A stretch of DNA of 63,950 bases, counting the filler, from Vicugna vicugna (taxonomy: Eukaryota): the NCBI GenBank assembly GCA_013265495.1. It is 73 parts of 73 records of this genome, joined end to end, with 100 filler letters (N's around TTAATTAATTAA, not from the genome) between each part and the next. Parts side by side here need not be neighbours in the genome. Positions count along the whole stretch, not along the records: positions 59,654 to 60,087 come from PNXW01021474.1; positions 60,188 to 61,553 come from MU061897.1; positions 61,654 to 63,101 come from MU061898.1; positions 63,202 to 63,643 come from PNXW01021480.1; positions 63,744 to 63,950 come from PNXW01021887.1; 68 more parts are not named here. One strand, written 5' to 3'. Below are positions 59,554 through 63,950 of this stretch, in pieces. The notes beneath the pieces were generated by a model, which saw only the letters and a list, made by a program, of their open reading frames with translations, did no database searches and was not told the DNA's origin. The position numbers and the translations under genes were made by a program. Position 1 is the first letter of the stretch. The number at the start of each line of letters is the position of its first letter.

Positions 59554-61653
59554 NNNNNNNNNNNNNNNNNNNNNNNNNNNNNNNNNNNNNNNNNNNNTTA
59601 ATTAATTAANNNNNNNNNNNNNNNNNNNNNNNNNNNNNNNNNNNNNNNNNNNNACTCCATCATTTTAACATCTTCCATGCCAGTCTAAAAAAATTTATAT
59701 TTTAACTTCGTTTTTTAATTTTTAAACTATTTTAAACATTGTTACTTTTTTTCTTATCATCCTTCATGTTAGGCTCCAGAAACCTGCTATTCTGCCCACA
59801 GCATCCAAGTTCCCTTTCATTGTTTCTCTTCCCTTCCCTAACCTTCCTTCTCTCTCCCTTATTACCAAGTTTCTGTCCATTCTCTTTATAGGGCACTTAA
59901 ATTATTTTTTCTTTCTTTCTTTCTGTTTTTGCAAAGTGAACCCCTTTGCGTGTCAGTGTGTCCTTCCACATTTCTTCACAAGGGCTCCATCTTTCAGCTT
60001 CAGTATGGATTCCTGGGGTCTGTCTCGAAACAAAGGAAAAAAAAGATTCTGATCTTCGCTGTGAAATCAATCTTTTTTTTCCCCTTCNNNNNNNNNNNNN
60101 NNNNNNNNNNNNNNNNNNNNNNNNNNNNNNNTTAATTAATTAANNNNNNNNNNNNNNNNNNNNNNNNNNNNNNNNNNNNNNNNNNNNAAAATGGTAGATA
60201 ATTAGCAGTGCTTTTTATACATAAGTACATTATGTTTGAGGCTAAAATCATTAAAAAAATAAGCATTTAAGTTTAAGTCATTCACTTTCTGGAACTAATG
60301 TAAAAAAGATGCTCAACTTGATGACCATATTTTTTTCTTTCCAGGCTGTTTATTATTGTGTATAAGACAGACGAAGGGAAACTTAATCAAATCATTCTTC
60401 TATGCTAAAATCATGTTTCTAAAACAAGTAGTTATTTAATAGATTTTTAAAAATCATTTAGTGTGAAAACAAATGATTTTNNNNNNNNNNNNNNNNNNNN
60501 NNNNNNNNNNNNNNNNNNNNNNNNNNNNNNNNNNNNNNNNNNNNNNNNNNNNNNNNNNNNNNNNNNNNNNNNNNNNNNNNNNNNNNNNNNNNNNNNNNNN
60601 NNNNNNNNNNNNNNNNNNNNNNNNNNNNNNNNNNNNNNNNNNNNNNNNNNNNNNNNNNNNNNNNNNNNNNNNNNNNNNNNNNNNNNNNNNNNNNNNNNNN
60701 NNNNNNNNNNNNNNNNNNNNNNNNNNNNNNNNNNNNNNNNNNNNNNNNNNNNNNNNNNNNNNNNNNNAAATTATAGATCTATTTGGCAGACCTAATTCAG
60801 TTATGCGTGCTGCCTAGTTTTCCACTATAGATCTAAAGACAAAATGTCCTCACATTTTCTGTCTGTCTGATTGTGGCAGCCAAGATTGGATGGGAGAAAA
60901 CAGAGAAAAATGTGGTAATACAGGGGAAAATATGGAGAGATAATTTTTGCACCTCAGAAATAAACTTGTAAACAGTGAAGAGCATGTTTTACTCCAAAAA
61001 AGAATCTAAAATTTGAGTTAAAAATTAGGGCAGGAAGAACATTATAATGCCATGTTACTCCTCATTGTCAACAGAACTGGTTACAGAAGCAATGTAGCTG
61101 TCATCAAAACACTACTTCTTGACTTAGCTACCGCGTTTCTGACTTCCTCATTGTGTAAAATGTATGGNNNNNNNNNNNNNNNNNNNNNNNNNNNNNNNNN
61201 NNNNNNNNNNNNNNNNNNNNNNNNNNNNNNNNNNNNNNNNNNNNNNNNNNNNNNNNNNNNNNNNNNNNNNNNNNNNNNNNNNNNNNNNNNNNNNNNNNNN
61301 NNNNNNNNNNNNNNNNNNNNNNNNNNNNNNNNNNNNNNNNNNNNNNNNNNNNNNNNNNNNNNNNNNNNNNNNNNNNNNNNNNNNNNNNNNNNNNNNNNNN
61401 NNNNNNNNNNNNNNNNNNNNNNNNGTTGACACCTCCAAGGATGCAACCCAACATCTCTTCTGTTATTCTCTTTCCTGTTGAAGTTTCTCTTCTAGGGCTG
61501 GGTTCCACGGGAGGAAAGAGATCATAATAAGAAGCAAGTAATTGGCTTTTGCANNNNNNNNNNNNNNNNNNNNNNNNNNNNNNNNNNNNNNNNNNNNTTA
61601 ATTAATTAANNNNNNNNNNNNNNNNNNNNNNNNNNNNNNNNNNNNNNNNNNNN

Positions 61654-63101
61654 ACGGATTCGTCAATCATACGTTTCTGAATTGTGAGCATGTGAATTTC
61701 TGACCTTTCATCCTCCGAGCAAGGCGAATATACACTTAGACATATTTACTCTGACTTCATAGGTTTTTCCTATCACCAGGTTCTAAAATCGGACATTTGG
61801 CTCCAGTAAACACTGTTTGAGCGAATTCTCACCAATACACATTTAATTTACATTGTTTACATAACCATGGCATTCCATATTACGAACATGTCCATGCATC
61901 ATGTATTCCTCAAACGTGAATTTCTGAGTTGTGAACATGCGCATGACTGATGTTTCAACTACCANNNNNNNNNNNNNNNNNNNNNNNNNNNNNNNNNNNN
62001 NNNNNNNNNNNNNNNNNNNNNNNNNNNNNNNNNNNNNNNNNNNNNNNNNNNNNNNNNNNNNNNNNNNNNNNNNNNNNNNNNNNNNNNNNNNNNNNNNNNN
62101 NNNNNNNNNNNNNNNNNNNNNNNNNNNNNNNNNNNNNNNNNNNNNNNNNNNNNNNNNNNNNNNNNNNNNNNNNNNNNNNNNNNNNNNNNNNNNNNNNNNN
62201 NNNNNNNNNNNNNNNNNNNNNNNNNNNNNNNNNNNNNNNNNNNNNNNNNNNNNNNNNNNNNNNNNNNNNNNNNNNNNNNNNNNNNNNNNNNNNNNNNNNN
62301 NNNNNNNNNNNNNNNNNNNNNNNNNNNNNNNNNNNNNNNNNNNNNNNNNNNNNNNNNNNNNNNNNNNNNNNNNNNNNNNNNNNNNNNNNNNNNNNNNNNN
62401 NNNNNNNNNNNNNNNNNNNNNNNNNNNNNNNNNNNNNNNNNNNNNNNNNNNNNNNNNNNNNNNNNNNNNNNNNNNNNNNNNNNNNNNNNNNNNNNNNNNN
62501 NNNNNNNNNNNNNNNNNNNNNNNNNNNNNNNNNNNNNNNNNNNNNNNNNNNNNNNNNNNNNNNNNNNNNNNNNNNNNNNNNNNNNNNNNNNNNNNNNNNN
62601 NNNNNNNNNNNNNNNNNNNNNNNNNNNNNNNNNNNNNNNNNNNNNNNNNNNNNNNNNNNNNNNNNNNNNNNNNNNNNNNNNNNNNNNNNNNNNNNNNNNN
62701 NNNNNNNNNNNNNNNNNNNNNNNNNNNNNNNNNNNNNNNNNNNNNNNNNNNNNNNNNNNNNNNNNNNNNNNNNNNNNNNNNNNNNNNNNNNNNNNNNNNN
62801 NNNNNNNNNNNNNNNNNNNNNNNNNNNNNNNNNNNNNNNNNNNNNNNNNNNNNNNNNNNNNNNNNNNNNNNNNNNNNNNNNNNNNNNNNNNNNNNNNNNN
62901 NNNNNNNNNNNNNNNNNNNNNNNNNNNNNNNNNNNNNNNNNNNNNTGATGTTTCAACCACCAAAAGGGTTACCAATGCACTTGACATATTTACTTTGACT
63001 TCGTAGCTTCTTCCTATCACCAGTTTCAAAAATCACACTTTGATCCCAGAAGAACACTCTTGGAGCGAATTCTAAAATAGAGATATATAATTTGAATAAA
63101 T
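61654..63101 (-). repeat. Satellite C array (reverse, large gap)
   Basis: a'-type and b-type monomers in reverse complement. Confidence 0.9.
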
Positions 63102-63201
63102 NNNNNNNNNNNNNNNNNNNNNNNNNNNNNNNNNNNNNNNNNNNNTTAATTAATTAANNNNNNNNNNNNNNNNNNNNNNNNNNNNNNNNNNNNNNNNNNN
63201 N

Positions 63202-63643
63202 ATTCTACATTCTGTGTTCTACATTCTATATCCTGTATTCTATATTTTGCATTCCTTATTCTACATCCTATATTCTGTGTCCTACATTCTATAATCTAAA
63301 TTCTATATTCAGTATTGTGTATTCTATATTCTAAATACTGAATTCTGCTTTCCATGTTCTAAATTCTGGCTTCTATATTCTCTACTCTGTATTCTATATT
63401 CTGTGTTCATCATTCTATATTCTATATTCTATATTCTGCATTCCGAATTCTATATTCTATATTCTGAACTACTTTCTATATTCTGTATTCAATATTCTGC
63501 GTTCCGTATTCTACATTCCATTTTGTGTGTTCTACATTCTATATTCTAAATTCGATATTTAGAATTCTGTATTCAATATTCTAAATAATGTTTTCTATAT
63601 TCCATGTTCTTAATTCTGGGTTCAATATTTTCTATTCTATATT
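63202..63643 (-). repeat. Satellite E (reverse)
   Basis: Heptamer units with the ttccatgttctaaattctgg landmark. Confidence 0.93.
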
Positions 63644-63743
63644 NNNNNNNNNNNNNNNNNNNNNNNNNNNNNNNNNNNNNNNNNNNNTTAATTAATTAAN
63701 NNNNNNNNNNNNNNNNNNNNNNNNNNNNNNNNNNNNNNNNNNN

Positions 63744-63950
63744 CGGGCTCCCCCGCGCAATGACAATGGTTCCGGAATCCTGACCGTGTGGAGGTTCCAG
63801 CAACGGTCGTCAGCGCGTGGGTTCTACCGGAAAGAATAAGCTCGTCTCCCGTGAGTTTTTTCCTAATGTCTCTTTGCCAGGGAGTGCTAGATGGGTTTCC
63901 AGGACATTCCAGTGTCAGAGGCTGCCTCCCCAAGGTCAGGGAAGTTATTT
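63744..63950 (-). repeat. Satellite A fragment (reverse)
   Basis: tgacaatggttccggaatcctga...cagcgcgtgggttcta...gaggctgcctccccaaggtcagggaagttattt. Confidence 0.93.

Noticed and set aside
60345..60365. AVYYC-encoding stretch resembling an Ig/TCR V-segment end
   Set aside because: Upstream residues are not V-like, a stop follows, and there is no heptamer/nonamer recombination signal.
61931..63029. Long ORFs (up to 356 aa) here and across other gaps
   Set aside because: Composed almost entirely of X from N-runs.

Overview
This window is not a contiguous locus. It is about 73 tiny unplaced scaffolds (roughly 0.2-1.5 kb, many with internal N gaps) of a mammalian genome assembly, joined by about 72 artificial 100-bp linkers (44 N + TTAATTAATTAA + 44 N, giving stops in all six frames). 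A tRNA-derived SINE resembling camelid Vic-1 and artiodactyl-type L1 3' ends suggest a camelid (inference). There is no intact protein-coding gene; almost every ORF in the track comes from N-runs or repeats. Content: (1) a decayed, unprocessed duplicate of the first coding exon of TRAPPC9 with both splice sites; (2) four ~250-267-bp satellites, called here A (266-267 bp, monomeric, CpG-rich), D (~263-265 bp, multi-monomer higher-order repeat), B (~248 bp, monomeric) and C (~247 bp, 3- or 6-monomer higher-order repeat), which align colinearly by eye and appear to be one satellite superfamily; (3) a heptamer-based AT-rich satellite with a 63-bp period and a 39-bp GC-rich minisatellite; (4) a multi-copy block built from a long-dead L1 ORF1 region that was re-amplified after decay; (5) many L1, L2, MIR, MaLR/ERV LTR and DNA-transposon fragments, including a textbook twin-primed L1 insertion with its target-site duplication. 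I found no evidence of a new protein-coding system. The most interesting signal is the shared ancestry and higher-order structure of the satellites. All alignments were done by eye and repeat family names are from memory.
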